Counted from the stretch's first letter, positions 12,044 to 24,320 are shown. The stretch: DNA of 64,000 nucleotides from Botryllus schlosseri (GCA_051294905.1 CM119373.1:1180001-1244000), one strand, 5' to 3'. Made by a program: numbers and translations. Notes: a model not told the origin generated them from the letters alone.

Positions 12044-14289
12044 TGTAGCGTCCCCGATTCGGCGATAACTGCTTAGCGGGGACGACGTAACAGAGTGTTC
12101 GGGTTCCGGAACCTCTCCTGGCGACGGACGGTTGTTAACACACCACACGAGCCCAGCGTTGTACCATATATAAATCAGTTTAATTTCATAATCCAAGGCG
12201 AATCTTCAATACGGCCAAATACGCCAGTGTACACTAGTACACAATACACACAGACAATCGTTACTGCCCCATCCCTAGCCAAAAACCACTTGCCGACCCA
12301 AAAACTTCAGCGAACATTCCATGCGATTCTACGAAGGAAGCGCGAGTCTAACAAATCAAGTGTGACGACACAACGTAATTACTGGACTGTTACAAATCGA
12401 ATACCAGGGTTTTCACACTACCCTCACCTTTCTTGATTGGATTTTCCCTACAAAAAAATCTCAATCACACGACAAGACCTACTCAACTAACCAACTCTAC
12501 AAAGTAAAAGTTACCATCGCTAGCTTATCAAATCACATACAGTATTAGGCCTAGTATACAAATGTATAGCAATTCGTTCCACTGAACCGATAGATAAAGT
12601 ATTAAACTACAATGTCCGTTCCAAATTCGTATCCCCGCACAGTCCGATTCCCACAACTGAGACAACTCCTTCACGTCACTGCACCGATTCGCTCCTTCGA
12701 CGTCGTCTGTCTCGCTCCTCGAATGGTCAGCCTCAGACACTCAATCAAAATCCCGTTGGTCGCGAATGGGACGAAGGATTTCCGCAGCTCGCACCAACAT
12801 CCCTGGGCATCTGAACTCTCACGTGCACTCAGCGCAACACCATTCTCACACTTGGTGAAGAAAACATCGGCAGCCGCACTACTATGGCAATCATTCTCCT
12901 GCTGCTCGGTCTCAGGTAAACACGAACCGTCGCTCACAACGACCAAAACCGGCCGTATCGTCGAATCAATCCCGTCTGCAGCAGTGTTACCCCGGCAAAT
13001 GTCCGTTTTCCTGCTTTCCTCGTCGTCACGACAGCCAGAACACGGCATCTTAGTCTCAGGCATGCTTGACTCCTTGCCTTCCGCGACCAATATCGCGCAT
13101 GTCGTCGACGCAACTCCATCAGCAGTGCCCTCCCAGTAGGTGTCCGCTCTCCCATCCACGTCATCGTCACAGTAGCCACTAGTCTGTTGCTCAGTCAAAG
13201 GCAAGCCTGACTCCTTGCTTTCCGTGACCGATAGCTCACGCGTCGCCAAAGCAGCTCCAACAGCAGTAGGGCCATCCCAGTGGGTGTCTACCCTCCCACT
13301 CACAGCGTCATCAAGACAGCCACTACTCTGTAGCTCAGTCCAAGGCAAGCCTGACTCCTTGCCTTCTGCGACCAATAGTGCTCGTGTCGTCAAAGCAGGT
13401 CCATCCGCAGAAGTGCCATCCCAGTGAGTGTCTACTCTCCCACTCACAGCTTCATCAAGACAGCCACTACTCTTTTGCTCAGTCCAAGGCAAGCCTGACT
13501 CCTTGCCTTTCACGGCCAATAGCACACGTGTCGTCAAAGCAGCTCCAACAACAGCAGTGCCATCCCAGTGGGTGTCAACCCTCCCACTCACAGCGTCATC
13601 TGGACGGCCACTACTTTGTCGCTTAGTCCCAGGCAAGCCTGACTCCTTGCCTTCCGATTTCTGCTTTGAAATGCTTGTTCTAGCCGAAAGAATCCCTGTC
13701 CGGCTGTCGCGCACACAGTCAATCACAGCGGTGACTCCGGCCCCTTGGTCACCTCGCTGCTTCCTTTCATTGTATCCGGTAATGCACGCCTGTACCTTGT
13801 CCGACAGCTTCAGTAGAACATCCCTACGCCACTGCTCCGTCATGGCTTTCTTCCAGTCCATGCCGTTCCAACCGAACCGTCACTTTAAGAAGACGTCCTG
13901 GCGTGCTCGCCAATTTTGTAGCGTCCCCGATTCGGCGATAACTGCTTAGCGGGGACGTCGTAAAGAGTGTTCGGGTTCCGGAACCTCTCCTGGCGACGGA
14001 CGGTTGTTAACACACCACACGAGCCCAGCGTTGTACCATATATAAATCAGTTTAATTTCATAATCCAAGGCGAATCTTCAATACGGCCAAATACGCCAGT
14101 GTACACTAGTACACAATACACACAGACAATCGTTACTGCCCCATCCCTAGCCAAAAACCACTTGCCGACCCAAAAACTTCAGCGAACATTCCATGCGATT
14201 CTACGAAGGAAGCGCGAGTCTAACAAATCAAGTGTGACGACACAACGTAATTACTGGACTGTTACAAATCGAATACCAGGGTTTTCACA
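12044..14289 (-). mobile_element. Non-autonomous LTR retrotransposon (Gypsy-like cis signals)
   Basis: LTRs at 13917-14289 and 12044-12417 (TG...CA, about 374 bp; only 1 substitution and 1 indel seen), 4-bp TSD AAAG, PBS TGGCGAGCACGCCAGGA (13912-13896, resembling a tRNA-Arg 3' end), and PPT AAGAAAGGTGAGGGTAG (12434-12418). Confidence 0.93.
12671..13861 (-). CDS. 396-aa ORF inside the LTR element, 5-6 tandem 48-aa repeats; no RT, integrase or protease motifs
   Basis: ATG about 35 nt after the PBS. The repeat unit GKESGLPWTEQxSSGCLDDAVSGRVDTHWDGT...TTR has a 144-nt period (anchors near 13631, 13487, 13343, 13199). Confidence 0.7.
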   Translation of the reverse strand: MDWKKAMTEQWRRDVLLKLSDKVQACITGYNERKQRGDQGAGVTAVIDCVRDSRTGILSARTSISKQKSEGKESGLPGTKRQSSGRPDDAVSGRVDTHWDGTAVVGAALTTRVLLAVKGKESGLPWTEQKSSGCLDEAVSGRVDTHWDGTSADGPALTTRALLVAEGKESGLPWTELQSSGCLDDAVSGRVDTHWDGPTAVGAALATRELSVTESKESGLPLTEQQTSGYCDDDVDGRADTYWEGTADGVASTTCAILVAEGKESSMPETKMPCSGCRDDEESRKTDICRGNTAADGIDSTIRPVLVVVSDGSCLPETEQQENDCHSSAAADVFFTKCENGVALSARESSDAQGCWCELRKSFVPFATNGILIECLRLTIRGARQTTSKERIGAVT

Positions 14290-17200
14290 AAAGAGGACAA
14301 AATCTCAAAAAAGAGGACAAAAGGCCGTCCTCCGAGGACACTTTCAAAAAAGTCAAAAAAGAGGACAAATCCTCTTAAAAGAGGACGTATGGTAAGCCTA
14401 CAATATGGAGAAGTTGTATAGGATACGGTGTAAACACTTTTGCGCGATTAGTAAACGTTAATAAAAAATATGGTGGACCGTAAAAATACCATATTGTGTA
14501 GCTTTATTTCCAGAAATTAAAGGCATCACTGCACTTGCTTTTATACTTCAACATGTATGTTATTCGGACAAAAGAACTGATATTAATTATAACTCAAAGT
14601 ATATGATACTGAGAATTGAAAGTGAAATATAAATACTACTTCTAAAAGCAGAATATGTATTTCGTGTTTTTAGTTCAGAAAGTTTCAAAGGTGGTATGCT
14701 AAAACACTCTTCCCGATTAGGACACGCCATGGACATATATATGCTGGATTACGATATGACAAGAAAATGCTAGATTGCGAAACATCAGTTTCAAACGTTA
14801 TGATGAGCCATATATACTGTGATGAATTATTTCATGGGTGAAGGGCGACAATGTGGTGTGAACGGAACCACGCCAACCCTCCACCTAAATTATATTCACC
14901 GATACTTTCGTGAAATCATACTAGTCACTCCGTATCCACTGCGCGCGAAGCGCGACGAAAATTCTGTGCTTTACTAAGCTTTTATGAAAATTAAATGTTA
15001 ATACTCCGTGAAAACAGCTCCAAAATTCCTCAGGCTATCTTCCTGATTGGAGGACTAAACTGCTTCTACCTGACAAACTGAAAATAGCGAAAAGTAAGTA
15101 AGCAGATCACAATATATTAAGAAGTAGAAGTAGAAGTAGCGAAAATCAGATCTACTTGAGTAAGTACCAGAAGTAGAGGAAAACTACTTGAGTACTTCGA
15201 AAAAGTAGAAGTACTTCGTTACTGACCACCTCTGTACTTCGGTGCTGATTTACGGCATATCAGTCGAATGTGGCCGTAAATTTGACCAAACTTCTCAAAA
15301 AAGAGGACTAAAAGCTTCTTAAAAGAGGACGTATGGTAACCCTAGACTAGAAGCAGTCACGATCCGGCTCAGGAGTATGAGGATGTGTGTGTTGTAACCA
15401 GGGCCGAAGCCACATTTTTTCAGCCCCCTCTCGCCCAAATAAACACCAATAATGCAAGGAGCGTAGTTGTACATCGTTAAGTCGTGTTCATACATCATAA
15501 TAATCATCATCATCGTCATTGGTTTATTAGCAATTTTGATCAGTTCAATACACCACACAAATGCGATACAATGAAAAGATAGGATGATGTCGAAGCGACT
15601 TGGAGTAGACTATGGAATCGGGCATCCACCTTCCTACCACACCGTTTAGATTATTTATCGGCCTAATGCCGGTGCGCACTGCACCACTAAGCTACCGAAC
15701 ATCCGCTGGTTTCCAACCTTTCATATGGTCGTGTCTCCATTTCCAATATGAAAATGTTCCGTGGCCCAGCTCAAAATTTGATAAGCTGATTACTAATTAA
15801 AGGTCGGCACATTTGCCCAGACTTGCTCACGGCCTATTTTGAAAGTTGATTACGTTCAACATCTTCGCGAACCCCGAAATAAAGGCCAACTACCCTAAGG
15901 TTTGAACCGCCATCTTTGAATATAACACCCAAACGGCCTAAACCGACTCCACAAATATACCGATATCTTGTACTTGCGATTACAATTATATTCATTTCTG
16001 TAAATGAATGTTATTTGTATTTATTTTTGATCGCATTTTTGCGAGGATGGTAGTCTCCATATAAAAACCAATATATGGGATACTAAATCGCACTGAGCGC
16101 GGAGAAAAATTTCCTGTAACATAAATCTGCCCAAAAATAATATTGTGTACGTTGATTTGGAAAAAAATATGAGCTTACTTCAAAATTCCGCACATTCAGG
16201 CATATTTTGGAAATTCCTCCCGGTCGCAATATTACCAGTGAAATTCAGGACATGTCCGGGAAATTCCGGACTCATGGCAGCCCTATACTAGAAGTAGTTG
16301 ATATCATGTTTTTAAATCAATCATTTTACGCACTATCAGATAAAAGTTGCGGTAAAGGTTGGCATGGAAAACAGAGAAAGGTTGCAAAAAGTTGCACTAT
16401 AAAATCTCTCCAAACAACTTAAGACATCATTGTACAAGTACATGCACAATGTACATAATCTCAGTATCTAAAAGCTGTCGGATGCTGTAAAAAAGTGGCA
16501 AAAGTTGCAAAAACTTGCCCTAGTGATGACTCCGAGTTAGCAAAGGCTGCAAGAACATCACCCACGGAAGAAACCGGTGTCACAACCCAAGCCCAACGAT
16601 GACACGTGTCTTTCATCAGTAGAATTACTCACTTTTCAAAATCGACAACTACAACTAGGTCTACACCAGGGGTGGCCAGCCTGCGGCCGCAGAAGGAATT
16701 TTGTGCGGCCGTGTACACGTATTTCAATTAGTATGTGTTGGCGGGCGTCGACAAGAAAATTGAATTGGCGAATTTACTCCCAAATTTTTAGGGGATTTTG
16801 ATCAAACTTGAAATTTTCTTCGCGCTGTGCGCGATTCAACGCGACTTCATTTTCGATTTTAGTATAGCAGCACCCTTTGCAACCTAAGCACCACAGTACA
16901 CTGAGTACAGATGTAAACATGAACGAAAAATGATGCGCCCCATATATAAATACCAACTTGGAATCGTGTCCTCCTCACGAAAGAAATTTGTTTCCATGGT
17001 GCGTTTGGGTGATTTCGATAAATCTTTCCAATACCGCCAATCCTGCTGGGAGGTCAAGAAATAACAAAGTGACTTATTATAATCGGCTCACCCGTAGATA
17101 CATCATCATTTATAACTTGCCCTAAATTTTCGAAAACACAGCCTCCATTAATTTTACCTGGGAATCTGATCACATTGGCTGAGAAAGGATAAATGTTTGA

Positions 17201-17738
17201 CAGCATAATAAGTGAAACTTACGAATATTAATGACAAAATTCATTCGCGAATCTTAAATTTTTTCGCGCTCTGCGTGACCATGTCGACCTTAAGAATCTA
17301 TTCAGTATTCATAACATGACCACTCGCGATTTCGGTGCGTAGGCTAGCCTATCTATAGTAAGCGGATATGAATAAATTAGTCTGGAGCTCACCGAATATG
17401 GACGGACGGTTTAAATTGGGTACTTGGCGTCCAGTTTGTTCATTATTACGACCTATGTTACTACTTGACTTCATTGTCATATAGGCACAACGCGTGTACA
17501 TCCTAAATATTGGGGCGAAGTGCAAAGAAATTTCCTGATTTATGACTGAATTTTGTCAATAATATCAGTATCTGCATAATATATAATTGCCCACGTGATT
17601 TTTAGCGGTAGAGCTAAGGGAGGTGGTGTCTTCGAAATTGATATATAATTAATTAATTGTCCATCTACTAGGAGCGGGAGTCGTTTTTAATTAATCTGCT
17701 ACATGTTCATATTTCGTGACCTCTCGGCTTCTGCATGG

Positions 17739-18042
17739 TAGGGTTACCATACGTCCTCTTTTAAGAGGATTTGTCCTCTTTTTTGACTTTTTTGAAAGTG
17801 TCCTCGTAGGACGCCCAAATGTCCTCTTTTGTGAGAACTTGTCCTCTTTTTTTGAGAATTTCGGTTAGATAAATGTGAAATCGGTACTGTAGTGACGCTC
17901 GGGTGGTTTGACTTTTTTTTAGTCAGCCGACAACAACGTTGGGAAAAATGTACCAATTTTTCCGGATTTTACTTCAGTATTTTTACTCTGAAAAATTTGA
18001 AAAAGTGTCCTCTTTTCACATTTCCAAAATATGGTAACCCTA
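17739..18042. mobile_element. hAT-type MITE (AAGAGGAC family), opposite orientation to B and D
   Basis: TAGGGTTACCATA...TATGGTAACCCTA; reverse complement of 14290-14400. Confidence 0.8.
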
Positions 18043-18166
18043 TGGTACAAATGTACCGGACCGAATAACAAGAAGAACGTGTGTCATTCATCAGAAGGTG
18101 CGGCATTTTCTCAGATTGCCTAGACAGGACTTTTCAGGCCCGAACATTTCGGCAAGTAGGCCTATA

Positions 18167-18355
18167 TTCGAAGAGCTTCTTGAAGGTATACAGAACTTCA
18201 ATATACAATTGAATAATAGGCCTATATTCATATTGATATTGAAATGAACCCGAATATTTTCGGCTGACACTCGTCTGGGGTAATCGTCAGCAACTAGTAG
18301 AGAATTGGTAAGAACATTGTATATCAACAATCGTATCACAAAATATGACGCCATC
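18167..18355 (-). mobile_element. Solo Penelope-like pseudo-LTR copy (hammerhead core mutated to CAGACGA)
   Basis: Matches 47372-47545. Confidence 0.85.
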
Positions 18356-18365
18356 AATATATTCG

Positions 18366-18620
18366 CTTGCTTGTTTGTTTTGAGGTATTCATGGTGTTTG
18401 TCGACTACTATGAGCATTTACACCAGACCGATATTCTTCATTTTTATTCCGTAACTGCCAACTTATAGCACGGCCCAGTTCTAGGCGGATGAGGTGGCGA
18501 GGAAGAGTCTGATAAACCTCCAACACTTACGTAGGAATTCTGAAGTCGACTTCGTTCGAACTCGAGCCCGCAACCCATTGGTGCTGTAGCCGCGGATTCG
18601 TCTACTGCGCTATCTCGCCA
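18366..18620 (-). mobile_element. tRNA-derived SINE
   Basis: A-box-like TAGCGCAGTAG and B-box-like GGCTCGAGTTC; body matches 46090-46359. Confidence 0.8.
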
Positions 18621-18924
18621 CAGGCAGGTATGCTATGTGAACAACTGACAATGAAAATAGGGCGTGAAAATGACTAAATCCATATATTGATCTAAATATT
18701 TTGGGGGGGATAAGTTACCATTAAAATCAAGACATGTAGCGCGACATTGAATCGCGGGAAGCGCGACATTGAATTGCGGGAAGCGCGAATTCAAATTTCA
18801 GGTTTAATGATTCTACCCAAAAATAATCTATAAACTCATGTTTATTTTCGAAATAATTTTGAGCCCCCAATTGGTGGTTTGGGGTGCGACGCATTGATTC
18901 ATATTGAGCTACATGTTATACAGT

Positions 18925-19196
18925 CCATCCTCAAGATTACCGGACCACGACTGACCTATCGATCTCGCTTCCCATGACATGCCGCCCTATTTCTTGTCGC
19001 ATTCTTTTTCTATACTATCTTCTTTACTTTCATTCAGTGTGCATGCCTCCTCTTTACATCGCCTAGGCCAAGGTGGGTGTCAGATTCCATAGACTACTCC
19101 TTGTCGCTTCGACATCTTCCTGTCTTTTCATTGTATCGCATTTTTGTGGTGTATTGAACTGATAAAATTGCTAATAAACCAATGATGATGATGATG
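18925..19196 (+). mobile_element. CR1/L2-like LINE 3' end with AATAAA and (ATG)n tail
   Basis: Homologous to the 3' UTR following the ORF2 remnant at 27150-27548. Confidence 0.72.
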
Positions 19197-19476
19197 TTCA
19201 TACCACACGATTACACGACTACGATACGACGACACGACTATTCACGAGTTTTCAGAGGGTGAGCGTCGGCGAGACACTTGTAATTACTTTAGTTGCAGCA
19301 TGCTGGTATTTCGTGATCTGCAGGGAAAGCTATCGTCACTTAATTGATCGCTCACACGAACCACGCAACCAATTATAAGAGAATTGTCTATAGTGGAATT
19401 CACGCGATTGTCAATTTGCATTTATTCACGGGTGCAATGTCCATTGCCTCTGCTCGTGGAATTAGTGGGATAGGAC

Positions 19477-20424
19477 CAGGGCCGTAAAAGCACTTCGCCA
19501 TCCCCCCAAAACGTTGGTCTTGGGCCCCCCATATGTTGATGAACCGAACTTCTGGGGGGCTTGGCCCTCCGGACCCCCCTCATGCTGTTCCCTTATTACC
19601 GCTACTTACATATCATCTACATTGAGGGCCGTTTAGTGGGGCAGCTTTTCTCGCCTAAACGCGCAAAGTGCGAAAAATTTCTATAATTCATGATTCAATC
19701 GGTCAAAATGATCAGGAATTGCATATATGTTGCTATCAATTTTTATCATATCTCTGCTCATGTAATCAGATTTACAGGTAGAGCTGAGTGAGGTGTGTTT
19801 GAAATGGTAGGACCCCTCAATATTATAATTATAAACATCTTCGTGCGTATATCCGTTGGAAAGAACGAAACAGCACTTCGTCAGGCCCCGCAAAAAACTT
19901 GGGTCTTGGGCACCCATAGGGTGATAAACCTGCCCCACATCATCTTGTTCGCTTTTGCAACGAAATGAGTGGTACTGCCGATTGAACCGGCGCGAAGCAC
20001 GAAAATTTTCGAAAATTCATGATAAAATCGGTGAATAATATCGGGAATTGCAAATATATTGCTATAAACTTCTTGTCCTCTCTGCTCAGGTAATCAAATT
20101 TACCGGTGGAGCTGAGTGAGGTGTCTTGGACACTGTAGGGCCCGTTGGTATAAATCCTTAAGATGATGTTATTTAGTGACCTCCTGTCTGAAGTAATGGC
20201 CAACGCCGATATGCCCATTTCTATAAATCTTGCGCATTTTTTCTTGGGGAAGATAATTGGCAACTTGAAATCCCGCATGGCGCGCAACATTTTTGAAAAA
20301 GTTGCCTAAATTTTCAAAAAATACTCTATAATTTATGCTAAGTCACGAAATAATTTTGGGCCCCCTTCGAGCTCGCCCCCCCCCCCCCAATTGGGGGGGG
20401 GGGGGTGCGGCAGTTACGGGCCTG
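19477..20424. mobile_element. hAT-type MITE with GGGGCCCC-rich ends
   Basis: CAGGGCCGTAA...TTACGGGCCTG; TSD GATAGGAC/AATAGGAC; internal direct duplication (about 19660-19820 vs 19990-20150). Confidence 0.7.
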
Positions 20425-20539
20425 AATAGGACTCATGTTGCAAATACAGGGCTCTCCCGCGCGATCTTCGACCAAAGTTCTATCACCGGCGGTTTACGAA
20501 AAGTGACGAAATATTTGGGAGGAGCCATGGCCTCTTATG

Positions 20540-21347
20540 TAGGGTTACAATATTCGTGCCACCCAAATTCCGGACACACTTCAGCGCCCACTAGTGGATC
20601 TCAAAATGAGTTATGACGTGACACTAGCAAAGCTTTGCTCATAGACCAGAGGTGGTCACGATCCGGTTCAGGAGTAAGTGACTGTGTGTTGTGTACCCGG
20701 GACCGAAAGCACATGTTTTCAGCCCCTTCCCGCCCAAATAAACACTGATCTTGAGTCCACACTATGGGGTATGGGGTATGGGGTATGCGGTAATGTTCCG
20801 TGTCCCAGATCAAAATTTGACGAGCTGATTACTGAAAGAAGTCAGCACCTTTGCCCGGACTTACTCACGGGCTATTTCGGAAGCTGATTACGTTCAACAT
20901 ATTCGCAAAGCCCAGAATAAAGGCAAACGACCCACACCACACGTTTGGAACAACTATCTTTGAATAAAGCATTTACACGACCTTAACGATCTCTAGGAAT
21001 ATACCGTTCTCCAATAATTGCGATTACAATTAGGCTTATTCCAGTAAATGAGGGTTGTTCTTATTTATATTTTATTGCAGTTTTTGCAAGGCTGGTAGCC
21101 TGAGCCTCCATATTAAAATCAATAAATGTGATAGTAAATCGCGCGCAGCGCGAAGAAAAATATCATGCTTAATCATAAATAGTCCCAAAAATAAGGTTTG
21201 TATGTTGATTTACGAAACAATTATGAGCCTACGTCAAGTCTTCAAAATTCCGGACATTTGGCATATTTTAGAAATTCCTCCCGGACGCTAGCTTGAACAG
21301 TGAAATTCCGGACATGTCCGGGAAATTCCGGACGTATGGCAACCCTA
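20540..21347. mobile_element. hAT-type MITE (TCCGGAC family), uninterrupted paralog of element A
   Basis: TAGGGTTACAAT...ATGGCAACCCTA; perfect TSD CTCTTATG. Confidence 0.88.
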
Positions 21348-21442
21348 CTCTTATGCCCCCCCTGGCTACGCCAATACCGCCAACTAACCAGATGGCTAAT
21401 TGTACACGTCTTATAGCTGGACTAAGCTATGTCTACCTACAG

Positions 21443-22105
21443 CAGGGGTGGGCAAACGTTTGAGCTCGCGGGCCGCATTCAACATTGAATCCATTCGCGG
21501 GCCGCACTATATAAAATTGGGATTATAAACCAAAACTAAATATTGGTATTTGATTATATAGTGACGACATGGAGATAATATATATGCTTATTTAGAACAA
21601 AACAAACATTGCTATTGATGATATCGTACTCGCATCAAAAACAGTGGCGAGATTTCATAAGCTGGTTCAGCTCAATAACCAATTTGTCAAAACTATAGAG
21701 ATGATTGTCAGTTATCCCGTTGTCCCCCTTATCGTCATACCACAAAACGCAACCAGGAAGCTAGCAAGCCCAACGAATAGTTTGATGGCATGGAAGGTTA
21801 CGACTGTTTTAAATATGAAATTCAGACTAAATACAGAGCAATAATTAGGAATTATATGGAAATCGCGCGATGCGCGAAAAAAAATCAATTGAGATAAGCT
21901 TTCCGCCTCACTTCAGATGCTTTCACGCCCGTCAGTTTGAGAATCACAGCCTTAGGATTATCATGGTTAAATATACTAAGAAAAAGAATAATCAAATCCC
22001 TGCATTAATTCGATTTTTGGTACGCATTTTATCAATATTTTAATAAGTTTCTTTAGACTCTCGCGGGCCGCATGCGGCGCGCGGGCTGTAGTTTGCCCAC
22101 CCCTG
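21443..22105. mobile_element. Buster-type hAT MITE
   Basis: TIR CAGGGGTGGGCAAAC...GTTTGCCCACCCCTG with CGCGGGCCGC subterminal motifs. Confidence 0.8.
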
Positions 22106-23128
22106 GCCTAGTCGTTTCGTTTGCTGTCAATTTATTTGTGACATTTGTGACGGATGCTCAGTAAAACCAGGCTGCACAATTTCTGAATGACTGGTTGCTG
22201 ACACATGTCATATCAGCATGTCGAGAATATGTAGCCTGCTTTGAGTCACGAGTCAACTCGAGTCATCGTCTCAACAGTGCTAAGTAATACAAAGACACTC
22301 CGGTTATTTACTCAAACTGGCTTGAAGTAATCTGCAAAACGACCCTCTTGTAGTCTTGCTCATGCTCATGTATATCCAATGGATATTATCCATGATAGTT
22401 GCATCACGTCTACGCTATTCACGTATAGTGGCTTGCTTTTTGTCATTCCAACCTCAATCAATAGGCTACTTACGTTGTTTATTGTGCAATGTGCATGCAT
22501 CCATTACATCGCCTAGGCCAGGGGTGGGCGATTATTTTTCTCCGCGGGCCAAATGAGAAGTAGAAAATACTTTGGCGGGCCGAATGAATTTTTTTAGCTA
22601 TATAGGCTACTCTCCAATCATATTTTAATTTTATATCTAAATTCCATTGTTAATAAATGCTGTTCAGTGAATGTGTTGAGAAAGTGACGGTTAATTAAAA
22701 AAATATCTATTTGCCATCATGATTCGAAACAATGTTAAACATGGTACATTTTCAACTCTCTTTAAACCCATATTTACATTCTGCTATCGAGACACCAAAA
22801 CAGTGGTTCTCAAACTTTTTTAAGCACGCTCCCCGCACGCCCTTAGTCATGGTCACAAAATATTAAGACGAGCAATTATAGAATGCTAGCAATCTTAGCG
22901 GATAGTTTGATGACATGGAAGGTGCTGGCTGATGATGAAGGAATTCTGAAATATCAAAGTCTGACAATGAGTGACTTAGGGTAAGGCTCGGAGTTAAGAC
23001 ATATACAGTTGGTTGCCCAATCTTTGTTTGTTTACCAACCGTTCTGATTGGCTTAAACGCTACAATTGTAACGCATTTTCAAGCAAAAAAACCCACGTTT
23101 ATCTCAAGTCGCCCCTGAGACTTGAGAT

Positions 23129-24320
23129 TCATCCACGAACCGTACGTATATTAGATGGTTGTGTTGCGAGATTTTTCTTAGACCTGTTCAGTTGGCACCA
23201 GTTGATATTTGGTGTCATAGCGACTTCTCTTTCATTCAGTTTTATTGTGGTTTTGTAAATTTTTTTGAAGTTGGTTTCTGGGAATTGTTTTTGTTCCCAG
23301 TTTAATTTTTTGTAATCCCGTAAAGTGGTTGCCCAATCTTTGTTTGGAATGTCTATGTGTTGAACGGTGTTTTTGAATAATTTGGAATTAATTGGTTTGA
23401 TCTTAGAGCCCAATTGGTATACCGCCAGTTTTTGCCAGAATTCTACAGGAGTTTCAATGTTTGCCAAGTCTTTCATTTTGATTATATTGCAGGTTATTGA
23501 TTTGTGTTCTGGGGAGGCCATTCCACCTCCGCCTTTCTCCTTGATCAAGATCGATCTCGAGATTGTTTTCATCTTTTCAGGATGGTATAAGAAGTCAAAA
23601 AACAGCTTATCAAGTTATATAAGTTATATATAAACTATAGGATATCAAAGGATGGATATATCTTCGGCCTAAAAAGATTTAACAGGGGAATGTTAAGACT
23701 GATTAAAAGAAAAACCGAGGTGTATAAATGCGAATTTTGATGAATAAAATACGAGACAGTGGATCACGTCTTCGCAGACTGCAGAGTAACAACAGGAGTA
23801 CTGAAGAATATAGAAAAGGCCCTCCGATTGCGGCGTACGAACAGAGAAATGATACTTCACAACAAGCTGAATGAAGACAGTGTAAAGTTGACGCTGATAT
23901 CGATATACTAGCGTACGGTGCTGCGATATAAACAGCACCTAGATATATCAAACGGATACTTGTCAGACGAAAAACATGGAGGAAGAACACGGCGGAAATC
24001 ATCCTGAAGAAAATGTTGCAGAGAATAAAACTGCAAAAAGAAAATCTCATAAATTAGAGCATACAAAAGTGGACGAACAAAATTCAAACATTCTTATCCG
24101 AAAAAAGAAGGAACGATGGGGAAGGAAACGACAATAAGGACGATGACGAAAGAGAGAAAGACGAAAGCAATGATGATGAATACCAACGGACGAAGGATGA
24201 TGGACGAAACGGAAAAGAACGCGGCGAAATCTGAATGTGTATGTGAGAATGTGTGCATGCACTGTGTTTGTATATTTCATGTGTGTGAATGCGAGTGCGC
24301 GCGATAAAATATAAATATAA
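23129..24320. mobile_element. L1/Tx1-like LINE ORF2 3' fragment with an inverted 5' part
   Basis: The - strand 23630-23129 encodes a post-RT region (KTISRSILIKEKGGGGM.SP). The + strand from about 23635 encodes a decayed CCHC knuckle (YKCEF..YETVDHVFADC) followed by a 3' UTR and A-rich tail. Confidence 0.6.

Larger units (their letters stand above)
11939..14400. mobile_element. hAT-type MITE D (AAGAGGAC family)
   Basis: TIR TAGGCTTACCAT...ATGGTAAGCCTA; perfect TSD CAATATGG. Confidence 0.88.
11499..15234. mobile_element. hAT-type MITE C (CAGAGGTGGTCA family)
   Basis: TIR CAGAGGTGGTCA...TGACCACCTCTG; perfect TSD TACTTCGG. Confidence 0.88.
11319..15344. mobile_element. hAT-type MITE B (AAGAGGAC family)
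   Basis: TAGGGTTATCAT...ATGGTAACCCTA; TSD GACTAGAG/GACTAGAA (7/8). Confidence 0.82.
11186..16285. mobile_element. hAT-type MITE A (TAGGG TIR, TCCGGAC family), outermost of the nested stack
   Basis: TAGGGTTACCAT...ATGGCAGCCCTA with perfect TSD TACTAGAA; uninterrupted paralog at 20540-21347. Confidence 0.85.

Noticed and set aside
12095..14395. Duplicated + strand ORFs MFGFRNLSW... and the ORFs at 12612-13139 and 13428-13949
   Set aside because: They are the two LTRs read antisense and shadow frames of the repeat ORF; most lack an ATG start and none has a recognisable motif.
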